From Octopus bimaculoides (Eukaryota): a stretch of DNA of 55,084 bases. Shown piece by piece: positions 12,901-25,333 of this stretch (its first letter is position 1; the number at the start of each line of letters is the position of its first letter). A model generated the notes under the pieces. The model had not been told where the DNA came from. It searched no databases and saw nothing but the letters and a program-made list of their open reading frames with translations. The stretch lies in contig NC_068987.1 in NCBI RefSeq assembly GCF_001194135.2, positions 60,758,940 through 60,814,023 on the forward strand. The letters are read 5' to 3'. Made by a program: the position numbers and the translations under genes.

Positions 12901-13339
12901 CTAAATGTTAACTTTTAAAAGGTGTCTTAATTTAATAATAACTTTTTAACATTCAAATTACCTTGACAAATTTAAAGCTTATTTATTCATACTATTTTGA
13001 ATAAATTATGTGTTATCTCATACATTTGGGATTTTGCTGATGTTATTGTCTGTATTTAGAATGACATTGTTGGGTAAGTGTGAGACTAGATCTGGGGCCA
13101 GTTCAAACATAAAACTGGAGGTATATTTGGGCCAGATGTGGCCAGTTTAAATGCTAAAGGATTAAGATAAATTACTTTTTACCCAGTATCACAACTGTGT
13201 CAGTAGTAATAAAAGCAACATCAACAATAACAACAGGCTTCAAAATGAGAATAAGTAAATGAGGCAACAACTGAGTTCATTTGGCATAATGCCGTGCTTG
13301 AAAAGACCCATCAAGCCAAATAAAACTGCGATCATTGCA

Positions 13340-13505
13340 GATACTGGTGTCATGCAAATGGCACATAAAAGCACCCATTACACTCTTGGAGTGGTTGACG
13401 TTAAGAAGGGCATCCAGCCATGGAAACCATGCCAAAAAAGACTGGAGTTTGGTGCAGCTTTCCAGTTTGCTAACATGGACAACGGTCATAGAATGATGAT
13501 GATGC
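13340..13505 (+). mobile_element. Family C (RTE tail) copy
   Basis: AAGAAGGGCATCCAGC...CATGGACAACGG...GATGATGATG. Confidence 0.7.
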
Positions 13506-13517
13506 AGTTTTACCTTG

Positions 13518-13830
13518 TATTTCTGTATTCCAGAGTGAAAACCCCTTCTTCAGGACATATGGAAATGGCAGTGATTGGAAAAGGTCATTGCTCAGATGTG
13601 GTGGGGGTGCAAAAGAGGGAGGTGACATGCACAGACTGGTGTTGCTATAGTGAACAGTATGCTTTGTGTAGTTCTTTCTTGTTGTTCATGGCTGGTCTCA
13701 GTTTGTTTATAAGGAGGGCCTCCATAATTCTGGGATTGCCCCTATTGCATTGGGCTGCTTTGATGGAGACTTTCAGATTCTAGGTTTTGTACTTCCTAAG
13801 GTGTTTCTTTACTGAAGTGTGTGCCTATAA
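13518..13830 (-). mobile_element. Penelope-like element 3' fragment (GIY-YIG endonuclease C-terminus plus hammerhead vestige)
   Basis: Minus strand HTSVKKHLRKYKT*NLKVSIKAAQCNRGNPRIMEALLINKLRPAMNNKKEL (R..EALLI.K..P.MN motif), followed downstream by CCTGAAGAAGGGG. Confidence 0.65.
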
Positions 13831-13881
13831 AGTATAATTTAAAAGACAGTCTCAAAATTTGTTGGTATTTCCATACATATA

Positions 13882-14044
13882 GATGCAGGAGCAGCTGTGT
13901 GGTAAGTAGCTTGCTTACCGACCACATGATTCCGGGTTCAGTCCCACTGTGTGGCACCTTGGGCAAGTGTCTTCTACTATAGCCTCAGGCCGACCAAAGG
14001 CTTGTGAGTGGATTTGGTAGACGGAAACTGAAAGAAGCCCGTCG

Positions 14045-14085
<41 letters not shown>

Positions 14086-14296
14086 ATATGTTTGTGTGTC
14101 TGTGTTTGTCCCTCCAACATCGCTTGACAACCAATGCTGGTGTGTTTACGTCCCCGTAACTTAGCGGTTCAGCAAAAGAGACCGATAGAATAAGTACTAG
14201 GCATCCAAAGAATAAGTACTGAGGTCGATTTGCTTGACTAAATGCAGTGCTTCAGCATGGCCACAGTCAAATGACTGAAACAAGTAAAAGAGTAAG
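13882..14296 (+). mobile_element. Well-preserved SINE family B (tRNA head, CORE-like segment, internal (TA)n(TG)n, CR1-like tail)
   Basis: A-box-like GCTGTGTGG, B-box-like GGTTCAGTCCC, ACCTTGGGCAAGTG, internal microsatellite and tail CAGTCAAATGACTGAAACAAGTAAAAGAG. It may correspond to one of the published octopus OR1/OR2/OK SINEs, but I cannot assign which. Confidence 0.88.
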
Positions 14297-14705
14297 GGTA
14301 TATAATATAGGTGACCACTGCACCTGCAGGGTTAGATAATGTCCTGACTTGATGTATGCACATATATACGCTTATGTGCATGCTTAAACATTGCTTATCC
14401 TTGCTACCAGTGTCATCTGTTAATCTCATAATCTACCCATGTGTATAAACAGACATATGAAAATTTGTATATGAGCAGAAGAAACAATATATGGTTGTGT
14501 AGACATATAGAAAATGCAACTATTGTGAAGTGTAAAAATAAATTTCAACTGGTAACTATGAAGCACAAGGAGTACACACTCAAGTTTGACTTAACTCTCT
14601 AGTATTCAAACCAGCCATGTCCAATCCAAATATTCTATTTCATTTTTTTTTTTTTTGTCCAAAATTGCATCTCACACCTACCCTACATTATTATTCAAAA
14701 AGTAA

Positions 14706-15066
14706 ACATAGGCACAGACTTGGTTATGTGGCAAGATGCTTTCTTCCCAACCACATGGTTCTGGGCTCAGTCCCACTGCATGGCACCTGAGGCAAGTGTC
14801 TCCTACTGTAGCCTCAGGCCAAAACAAAACCTTGTGAGTGGATTTGGTAGACAGAAACTGAATGTATGTTTGTGTGTCTTTGTATCTGTGTTTGTCAACC
14901 GATATTAGTGTGTTTGTGCCCCCATAACCTAGTGGTTTGACAAAAGAGACTGATAGAATAAGTACTAGGCTTACAAAGAATAAGCTCTGATGTCAATTTC
15001 TTTCATTAAAACCCTTTAAGGCAGTGCTCCAGCATGGCAATCAAATGACTGAAACATGTAAAAGAA
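14706..15066 (+). mobile_element. SINE family B copy
   Basis: Aligns to 13882-14296. Confidence 0.82.
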
Positions 15067-15304
15067 TCATATCATTGAAATCTCAAGGTTATGCGATAAT
15101 TCATGATTAATTCCAAACAATGTAAATAAATAAGCATTACATTTGGCAGAGGGTTAAGGCAAATGCACAAAGGTTGGGGTTACTTACTAAGATTAAGCAG
15201 TGATGCATGAAATATTCACTTATAATAGGGTGGTGCTGTGCTAAGTAGTCATTCTTGTCAACCATTATCTGGAACGAAATTACCCTGGCCTAATGATATT
15301 ACAT

Positions 15305-15622
15305 GTAAAGGTAAAATGGTAAAGACCCCCTTTGTTCATGAATGATCTTTGGATTGCACCTAAAAATTTACCCTCCAAGGCACAAGTCCAGAAAGGTTGT
15401 TTATGGATGACCAGCAGTCACGCATCCATACCAGCCTCCCCTCTCCACGCCACCGATGTTATTCAGGGGAAAGGCAAAGGCCAATACAGCTTGGCACTAG
15501 TGACATTGCAACTCAGCTGATTGAACTGGCGCAACATGAAATAAAGTATCTTTCTCAAGAACACAACATACAGCCTGTTCCTGGAATCAAATTCACTACC
15601 TCATGATTGTGAGCCCAACGCT
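15305..15622 (-). mobile_element. SINE family D copy
   Basis: Reverse complement of 39627-39963, with a TTTACC-type tail. Confidence 0.8.
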
Positions 15623-16009
15623 GTGATGAACTGGGAGAGAATTCACTGGAAAGGTAATGAATGACAACATCAGAACTCTGACGAGCAATAAGAGAACAAT
15701 TGACTGTTTAACCAACAAGTTAAACAAATGAGCAATTAGGTAGTTGGATAGATATTTAACCAGTTGATTCATAATAAAGAAATGGGACTGTGTGTGTTTT
15801 TAATATTGTTGAATTGACTCTCTCTAGACACAACAAAAGAAAAGGGACAATAGTTAAAAAAGAAAATTAGAAATAGAATTAGGAGTAACTGCAATCAATT
15901 GACTGAAGCAAATAAAAAATAAAAGAAAGATAAGTGGTGCAGTAGGAGAGAATACACTGAAGTTTATCCCTTTCTCTCTCTCTCTCTCTTATTATTTATT
16001 TTTTTTTTT

Positions 16010-16229
16010 TTGCCCACAAGGGGCTAAACATAGAGGGGACAAACAAGGACAGACAAAGGGATTAAGTCAATTACATCGACCCCAGTGCGTAACTGGTACT
16101 TAATTTATCAACCTCGAAAGAATGAAAGGAAAAGTCAACCTCGGCGGAATTTGAACTCAGGACGTAACGGCAGACGAAATACCGCTAGGCATTTCGCCTG
16201 GCGTGCTAACGTTTCTGCCAGCTCGCCAC
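16010..16229 (-). mobile_element. Young SINE family A, alternative-tail subfamily A2
   Basis: CpG-rich head and core. Its 3' tail CCCTCTATGTTTAGCCCCTTGTGGGC differs from the A1 tail. Confidence 0.85.
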
Positions 16230-17191
16230 TATCTATCTATCTGTCTGTCTGTTCATCCGTCCATCCTGATCTACAAGAGGTCTTCATCTCAGAAATGTAA
16301 ATCAATTCTTTTCTTCTGCCATTTGTTCTTATTAAGCTATGTCTTCTCTTGGATACGAAGACCATCAAGAATAGAACATGTTGACCATAGACTCAGTATT
16401 ATACTTGTAACAAGATGTAAACATTTTGATACCATTATCAATTCAACCATCTTCAAGTTTTTCTGAAGAATATTGATTAAACTAAATTCAGTTTTGTAAT
16501 AAAAACTAGTCTTGCAAAAATTAGTTGTAAAAGAAAGAAAAAAACCATACCTTTACTGTTACATTGGTTTTTCCATGGTTCGAAAAATTATTAACTTAGC
16601 AAACTTTTTTATTTTCTCACATTATTTCCTCTGCAAACATCAGCATGCTCACATTATATTAAACACTAACTTGCAACAGAAAAATAAAGTTAGATCAGAG
16701 AAAAGTTTTACAGAAAAAAATAAATGGACAAAATTAGATTCAAGGCAGATGATGTGTGTGCATATGTACACATGCACATACAAACACACACACATACATG
16801 CATATATGCTATATTGATGAAATTGTTGAAAGAGAAGTGACAGATATTTATTTTTTTCATCAAGCTGTAATGAGTTTTTTTTTTGTTTTGTTTTTATTTA
16901 TCTATTTATTTATTTTCTTTAGTTATGAATGTGAAAAAATATTTAGTTATGAAATAGAGATAAAAATATATTCAGCAGTGTAGATTTTGGTGGTATCTTT
17001 ATGTAAGAATATTTCTTTACGACTGGGAGAAAAAAAGAGCTTGAATAGAAAAGAAGCAGGAAAAAAAAAAAAGCAGTTGTTTAGTATGTGCCGGAGAAAA
17101 TATGAAGCATAAAAGCATTTGGCTATAAATATGATAAGGTTTATTTTAACATTTAGTGAGTCTGTACCTCATCTTCCTAAAATATTTTATC

Positions 17192-18478
17192 TAGGTGCAG
17201 GCATGGCTGTGCGGTAAGAAGTTTGGTTCCCAGCCTCATGGTCCTTGGTTCATTCTCACTGTGTGGCATCTTGGCCAAGTGTTTTCTATACGTACATAGG
17301 CCGACCAAAGCATTGTGAGTGGATTTGGTAGACAGAAGCTGAAAGAAGCCCATCATATATTTATANNNNNNNNNNNNNNNNNNNNNNNNNNNNNNNNNNN
17401 NNNNNNNNNNNNNNNNNNNNNNNNNNNNNNNNNNNNNNNNNNNNNNNNNNNNNNNNNNNNNNNNNNNNNNNNNNNNNNNNNNNNNNNNNNNNNNNNNNNN
17501 NNNNNNNNNNNNNNNNNNNNNNNNNNNNNNNNNNNNNNNNNNNNNNNNNNNNNNNNNNNNNNNNNNNNNNNNNNNNNNNNNNNNNNNNNNNNNNNNNNNN
17601 NNNNNNNNNNNNGTGTATAAGTTTAGTAAATGGAGTAAAACACATATGTTAACTGCATACTTTTATTTCCAACATATGTTTCAAAGATTACAAATTATAC
17701 CTTCCATAGGAATAGGTGATGTTGATAAGAATGTAATCTTCTCTTCAGGGAAATGCATGGGAACCAGCTTAAACGTAAGACATTTTAACCGAATAACACA
17801 CATGGCCGCAGCTCTAAGCTGAAACTTTAAAAAAAAAAAAATTTTTATTTATATATATACATATATATGTATGTAATGTGTTTGTCCCCCACCCCAATCC
17901 CACCACTTGACAATTGGTGCTGGTTTGTTTACATCTCCATAACTTAGTGATTCAGCAAAAAGAGACAGGTAGAATCAGTGCCAAGCTTTAACAAAACAAA
18001 AATTAGTACTGGCCTCGATTTGTTTGGTTAAACTCTTCAATGCAACGCCCCAGTGTGGCCAAAGTCAAGAACTGAAACAACTAAAAGATAGCTTTTTCTT
18101 AATTTTTTTTTTTTTTAAAGAAAGCCATGGCTGTGTGGTAAGAAACTTACTTCCTAATCACATGGTTCAGAGATCAGTCTTACTGTGTGACACCTTGGGC
18201 CAACCAATGCCTTGTCAGTGGATTTGGTAGACGGAAACTGAAAGAAACCCGTTGTATATATGTATTTGTGTGTGTTCGTACCCCTGCCATTGCTTGACAA
18301 CCGATGTTGGTGTGTTTATGTCCCTGTAACTTAGCAGTTCAGCAAAAAAGTTCAATAGAATAAGTATTATGCTTACAAAGAATAAGTCCTGGGTTCGGTT
18401 TCTTTGACTAAAACCCTTTAAGGCAGTACTCCAGCCTGGCCACAGTCAAATGACTGAAACAAGTAAAAGAATAAAAAG
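17192..18478 (+). mobile_element. Cluster of SINE family B copies (17192-17365 truncated by gap; 17870-18085 3' half; 18125-18478 full)
   Basis: Repeated matches to the family B consensus. Confidence 0.8.
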
Positions 18479-19173
18479 GAAATTATGTGTGAATTCCAAT
18501 GGGAACAACTTTGTCTTCCATCATGGTTAACAAGATAAATATCAGTACACGCGCAGTGAATTAATGCAATTGGCTTTTTCTCTCATCTAAATGTTTAACC
18601 TTTTAGTTCAGCGAAAACTAGTATTTTCTTATCCTCTCTCATAACAATTTTCCACATATTGGATTGATTTGAACAAACTCAGGAATTTAGAGGAAGTGTT
18701 GTTACAACATACTTTTTTTTTTCTCCTTTTCTAGTTGTCTGAGGATATCCCTTTGCGGTCCTGTCCTGCCCTTTCCCCACACCTGACAACTATTACACAG
18801 ATGTATGTGGATTTAGTTACTTGGATTATCAAAAGTTCAGGCGTTCACTACACATTAATTTGAATCCCCACAGAACCTGCCACTTCTTCAGCTCTGTATG
18901 ATAGCTCACTATGAACCATGCACTAGCCAACTGCACTTAGTTAAAAGCCTGGATTCAAGCAGGTCTTATTTACTGATTTTATATTTTTAGATATTTATTT
19001 ATTTACGGCTGTTTCTCCGCTGTCATTCTTTATAGTCTTTGATTTGCATAATTATGAAGTAATGTCCAACAGATTGGAAAAAACTTAATAGAAGGCCTCC
19101 AAGACAATGAGTAAATGGAAAGAAGGAAAGATGACTTGGTCAAAACGTTTGGTCTAAATGAAAGAGAAGGTGC

Positions 19174-20094
19174 AATCAAAGAAAGAATGACAAAAAGTTG
19201 TAACTGGCGATGTATAAGGACATCTGATAGTCTGGGCAGTAGAGAAATAGAGTAGCTATATAGTGTTTGATTTCAGCCCCCTGAAATTGTCTCCAAATTA
19301 TGAAATCTAGTATGCTTTCATAGATTCCTTCATCTTACAGTATAAGGAAAACTACTAACCGATTCATTACTATATTTCTGTTGAAATATTCTGCCTTTGT
19401 TTCAATTAATTTCAAAAAGAATAACTTTGTCATTATTATGCTCATGTTTGGAACATAAATTAAAGTGACATGATGGAAAGTTGTAATTGAAATATGGGAA
19501 TTTGTATCAAATAACTAGGTGAAATCTTTGGTGATTTGGTTGACACAAATTCCCTGTTCTAAAGTCATGTCAATTAAAACCTTATGAAAAGTATATGATT
19601 AACTCATTTTTGTCACTTATTGTCCTCATAGTATGGCAGATTTCCTATGTTCTATGGTTTTATTCCGTCAAAACTAAGAGCAGTAAAGATGAAAAATTAG
19701 TTACTATATATGCATATATGTAACTAATTACTATGTCTTCTGTAAGTTTAGCTTCTTCAAGCTAGTTTACTTCTACTTAATAAAGGGGTAGCTATTAGTA
19801 AACAGTAGGATCTAAGGAACCTATTGGTGGTCGGTGTCAGCAGTTAATGTAAACAGTTCAAAAATGAAGTAAATTAGTTTCCCATGAGGAAGAGAGAAGT
19901 CTAATGTTTCAGGTAGTGTCTACCCTTCGTTCGTGAGTGATGTTTTCTGATGGTAACAAATAGATTGGGAGTAGTGAGAGGGGATAGGCATGTAATAGTG
20001 AAGAATAAGGAAAGGAAGGGGAAAGTGAAAATAGTGCGTATGTTTTTATATATGTGTGTGTGCATATATATTCATGCATGTACATTTGAGCGAC

Positions 20095-20140
<46 letters not shown>

Positions 20141-20601
20141 TATATATATGATAGCGTCTGATATAACCTTATAGGAGAGTTGCCTGAGGACGCTACCCCA
20201 TAATCCTCCCAGAAACAGTGGGTGAAGATAACTGAATGGATATGTGTGTATGTGTAAATATTTATGAATATATGTTTGTGTGTATATGTATATATATATA
20301 ATGCATTTACACGTGTGTGTATTTGTTCATGTATATATATATATATAAATTTTAATTAAAAGCAGCGCTAGTAATGTCAACATTATCAATGTCACATATA
20401 TAGTGTACGTGTTTTGTTTAAACACTTATTTGCTGCAGGATGCCATCCTGGGAAATGACCCAAATGTTAAACGACACTGAATCTTTCAGACCAGGCAAAA
20501 CAACTCACCTCGAATGGTTGATATTGATATTCGCTGTCTTTCAGCTCATCAACACCATACACTTGACTCACCTGGTAAAGAACTGGATCGATGGTCTGAG
20601 A

Positions 20602-20641
<40 letters not shown>

Positions 20642-21083
20642 AATTGGCAAAAGTGACTCAATAGTTGAGAGTTTTGTGCATTATATGTGTGTGTGTGTAT
20701 GTCCTTCATTCTTGCAAAGCATATAGGATAGTGTGTGTGTGAATCACATACATTGGTATTGTTTGGTTTTCTTCATAGGTAATCTAAGAAAGAATGACAA
20801 AAAGTTGTAACTGGCGATGTATAAGGACATCTGATAGTCTGGGCAGTAGAGAAATAGAGTAGCTATATAGTGTTTGATTTCAGCCTCCTGAAATTGTCTC
20901 CAAATTATGAAATCTAGTATGCTTTCATAGATTCCTTCATCTTACAGTATAAGGAAAACTACTAACCAATTCATTACTATATTTCATAATTTGGAGACAA
21001 TTTCAGGGGGCTGAAATCAAACACTATATAGCTACTCTATTTCTCTACTGCCCAGACTATCAGATGTCCTTATACATCGCCAG
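19174..21083. repeat. 205-bp direct duplication (19174-19378 and 20781-20985) plus 103-bp inverted copy (20981-21083)
   Basis: Direct copies differ at about 3 positions by eye. 20981-21083 is the reverse complement of 20811-20913 with one mismatch. Confidence 0.95.
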
Positions 21084-21776
21084 ATAATGGTGTCTGGGGA
21101 GGTTCAGTGGCACATATATTTATATATATATGGACAGATAGATAGATAGATAGATATATATACACACACACAGACAATAGGTGAGAGCCAGAAATAAATG
21201 CTCAGTATAGAAAACTTATAGTAGTGCTCAAATGAATTTGAACTGAATTCTTCATCCAGATCTGGGTCCACAGTGTCAAGAGTGGCTATAAGAGGAATCC
21301 AAGATGATCTGATATGGTGATAGTGATGCAGATAAGCACAATTAGGCTTATATATACATACATACAATCTGTAGAACTTTCCAGAAGTTTATCATTTGAG
21401 TAGATATGACCACGTATAGACATACAACTATATGCATGAGGATACATACATAAAACAAAATATACAAATTTACACATATACATACATACAAAAATGTCCT
21501 GTTGATGTTAAAATTCCAATAGACCAGCCTAGAATCTTGATTAGAAACCAGCAAGAAATCTTGAAATAAAACTGAATAACGACATACGTGCTTGCATACA
21601 TTCGTGCTTTCATCCATTCATTCAGAAAGATAAACACAAAAGTGTTGTAAGTTCAAAACATTGCTTTTTCAGAAAAGCCATTGTGCTACACTTTGACAAT
21701 TTTTCATATCTTGACATCTGAAGCAGCTGAATATACGATAGTTTGACCAAAAGAACTGGCTATTGCAAACAAAAAT

Positions 21777-22243
21777 AAATATTCTTTTCTACTCTAGGCA
21801 CAAGGCCTGAAATTTTGGGGAAGGGGGTCCCATTCAATTAGATTGACCCCAGTATGCAACTGGTACTTAATTTATTGATCCTGAAAGGATGAAAGGCAAA
21901 GTCAACCTTGGCGAAATTTGAACGCAGAACATAAAAACAGACAAAATACTGCTATGCATTCCGCCTGGTGTTTTAACGTTTCTGCCAGCTCACCACCTTA
22001 GCAAAAATACATTTATTTCTTTATTGCCTACAGGGGGCTAAACGTAGAGGAGACAAAGAAGAACAGACAAAGGGATTAAGTCGATTACATCAACCCCAGT
22101 ACATAACTGTTACTTATTTAATCGACCCCAAAAGGATGAAAGCAAAGTCAACCTTGGCAGAATTTGAACTCAGAACATAACAGCAGACGAAATACCACTA
22201 AGCATTTCACCTGGTATGCTAATGATTCTGCCAGCTCACCACT
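21777..22243 (-). mobile_element. Two tandem antisense SINE family A copies (A1 tail 21777-21980; A2 tail 22012-22243)
   Basis: Reverse-complement matches to the family A head and core. Confidence 0.85.
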
Positions 22244-22421
22244 CTCAAAAATAAATATTGAAAAAAACAATGCATTTGGACATATGACAGTTTAAATATA
22301 ATAGCAACGAAATATATTTACATAGTGTAAAATATACAGAATTGTAATACATAATTTCTCAACTTGACAGCTGTTTCTGAAAGGATGTAGATAAACACAC
22401 CATTCCTACCCCACTATCTCT

Positions 22422-22425
<4 letters not shown>

Positions 22426-22495
<70 letters not shown>
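22426..22495. repeat. Compound (TA)n(CA)n microsatellite, representative of many; other (TA)n at about 3203-3237, 20595-20637 and 28320-28360, (ATT)n at 40804-40847
   Basis: Seen directly in the sequence. Confidence 0.95.
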
Positions 22496-22496
<1 letters not shown>

Positions 22497-23154
22497 TTAG
22501 ATGTTGGTTTTGTAAGGTTTAAGATCCATTTCTGAAGGTAATGAATGGATATCTTGATGGTGCTAATGATACACTAGCATGATGATAACTTGCATGGAAA
22601 AGCCTAGTAATACTAACAATACCAACCTAGTGACTGGGGATCCATCTTAACTTATAGGGAAGAATTTAGTCAATTTAGTGTTGCTAGAGTACAGGTATAG
22701 ATAATATGATATCAAGAGGTAGAAATAGATTTCTTGGATTAATACAAAATAAAAATAGCTCATCTCATTCATGTGCTGTAACAAAACCAAATTTTTAAGC
22801 CTATAAATTCTTTGCTTCAAATCCTATCCTGCAATAAATAAATCTACTGTTGCTGTTGTATTCGTATTAAACTATAAGATGTAGGAACAACCATGCTTGA
22901 ATGAATTCTATTTGTTTATTCATTGAAGCATCACCATAATGCAAGCACTTGCAAACACAGATACACAAGCATGCACACAAATTAAATAGAAATTTACCAA
23001 GTATTGTCTTATCAATGCATAAAAACATGTAACCAATTACATTCTTATCCATACAATCAGAGTCTGGGAAAGTATTGGTACAGGGTTCAAGTTTTGTCTG
23101 CAGTTTTATAATAATGTGGGTGGTTTCCCCATCTCATATTAGTGTTGACTGAGT

Positions 23155-23510
23155 ATTCTTTTATTCTTTTGTTACTTTACTTGTTTCAGTTTTAGGACTG
23201 TGGCCATGCTAGGGCACTTCCTTAAAGGATTTTAGTCAAATAAATTGACTCCAATGCTTGTTTGTTTTTTTTAGCTTGGTACTTATTATATTGGTCTCAT
23301 GCTGAGTTATAGGGATGTAAACAGACTGTCTTCAGTTTTTAGTGGTAGTGGGGTCAAACACAAAGACTCACACATATCATCATCACATATATATACATTT
23401 ATACAACAGGCTTCTTTAAGTTTTTGTCTACCAAATCCGCACAGGTTCTGTCTACTCACAAGTCATTGGTCAGTCTGGGGCTATAGTGGAAGACACTTAC
23501 CCACTTACAC
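23155..23510 (-). mobile_element. SINE family B copy
   Basis: Reverse complement of the family B consensus. Confidence 0.75.
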
Positions 23511-23520
23511 CTGTATCACT

Positions 23521-24150
23521 TAATCATCATCATTTAGTATCTATTTTCCATGCTGGCATGATTTGGATGGTTTGACAAAAGCTGGGGAGCTGCACCAGAC
23601 TCCAGACTGATTTGGCTGTTTCTACAGCTGGATGCCCTTCCTAATGCCAACCACTTTGCAGTGTGTGCTGGGTGCTTTTATGTGGCACCGAACAAGCGCT
23701 CTTACATGATGCCAGCATGAGTGCTTTTTACATGGTACCAGCACAGAACTCTTGCCGACCAATCTTCTTTACCAAGGAGAGCAGCCTTAACACTTCTGCT
23801 GTGGGGTATGGGTCTTCTTGAGTACGGCAAGGCATCAGGTATCTCAGTCCTTTGGCATCCTGAGGTCATCCTTCAGTACTTCATCCCATGTCTTCCTCTT
23901 CCATATGTTCCATCTATTTTCAGAGATTGACACTTCTTTATGGAGCTGTCAACATCCACATCACATAACCAAACTAGTGCAGTTTTCTCTCTCAATACAC
24001 TAGAACTATGTCCAACATATACACTTATATTACACATCCAGCAGAGCATACTATCCTCATTCCTTTCTAACCTTTGCATGTCCTCTGCGTTCAGGATCCA
24101 TGTCTCACTACCATGTAGAATTGCTGTCCTTATACCTGCATTGTATTAAA
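23521..24150 (-). mobile_element. 5'-truncated RTE LINE (C-terminal coding part plus family C tail)
   Basis: Minus strand AILHGSETWILNAEDMQRLERNEDSMLCWMC...GTYGRGR, continuous with the family C tail. Confidence 0.85.
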
Positions 24151-24254
24151 AATCTTCTCCATTATTTTATAATATATTCATATTTTCTCCTTTTATTTTC
24201 ACCAAAGTATTCATTCAAAATAAAATATCCTGCTATGTTAGTCATTTTAGGTGC

Positions 24255-24640
24255 AAACATGATTGTGTGGTTAAGCAGTTCACTTAGCAACCATGTGGTT
24301 TCAGGTTCAGTCTCACTGCATGGCACCTTGGACAAGTGTCTTCTACTATAGTCCCAGGTCAACCAATGCCTTGCAAGTGAATTTAGCTGATGGAAACTTT
24401 GTGGAAACCTGACATATTTGTTTATATATGTCCTTGTGTTTGTGTATGTCTCTTCACCACATGACAACCGGTGTTGGTTTGTTTATGTCCCCATAACTCG
24501 ACAGTTTGGCAAGAAACTGAAAGTGAGTACCAGACTCATAAAATAAGTACTGCAGTCAATGATTCATTTGACTAAACCCTTCAAAGTGGTAACTCCAGCA
24601 TGGCTGCAGTTCAAAGACTGAGACAAATAAAAGTTAAAAG
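24255..24640 (+). mobile_element. SINE family B copy
   Basis: Head, core and tail match the family B consensus. Confidence 0.8.
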
Positions 24641-24703
24641 ACAAATTAGTTAATGTATTCTATGTGCAGGACCTAATTAAAATATCAAGCAAGGGTTGTT
24701 CAG

Positions 24704-24931
24704 TTAACCCTTTCATTACCAACCCATTTGAAACCAGCTCTGGCTCTGAGTACAAATGTCTTGTTTTCGTAAGTTTTGAATTAAAATCTTCCACCAAACC
24801 TTTGTCACAATTTATGTTCCTAACACTAGCTGAATGATAACTAAGTTATTTTACTAAGCTCTTTGTTATATTTAAAGTAATTGAAAGAAACACCGAGCAT
24901 CTCAAAATAAATACAGTGACGAAAGGGTCAA
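24704..24931. mobile_element. piggyBac-like TTAA MITE, family 2
   Basis: TTAA-CCCTTTCATTAC ... GTGACGAAAGGG-TCAA. Partial relatives at about 19355-19520 and 48933-49110. Confidence 0.7.
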
Positions 24932-25182
24932 TGCAGATAGACATATATAATTTTATGGGAATGGGAACATAGATAATGTAGGATAATTAGCTACATGTTC
25001 TCTCTGATAGACATGTGGGTTGAATCAGTGAGTTTTTTTATTCTTTTAATTTATTTATTATCATTATTTATTTTTTTATATAGTTATAATGATAAACATA
25101 AGAATCTCAACCATTAATTTACACATGAATGTACGCATATTTGTCTGTATGTTCTCACACACATAAATATATATACATATAT

Positions 25183-25333
25183 TAGGAAGGGCATCCAGCT
25201 GCAGAAACTCTGCCAAATCAGATTGGAGCCTGGTGTAGCCATCTGATTTCACCAGTCCTCAGTCAAATCGTCCAACCCATGCTAGCATGGAAAGCGGACG
25301 TTAAACAACGACGATGATGATGATGATGATGAT
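25183..25333 (+). mobile_element. Family C (RTE tail) copy, young
   Basis: Near-identical to 37-180, with a (GAT)n tail. Confidence 0.88.
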
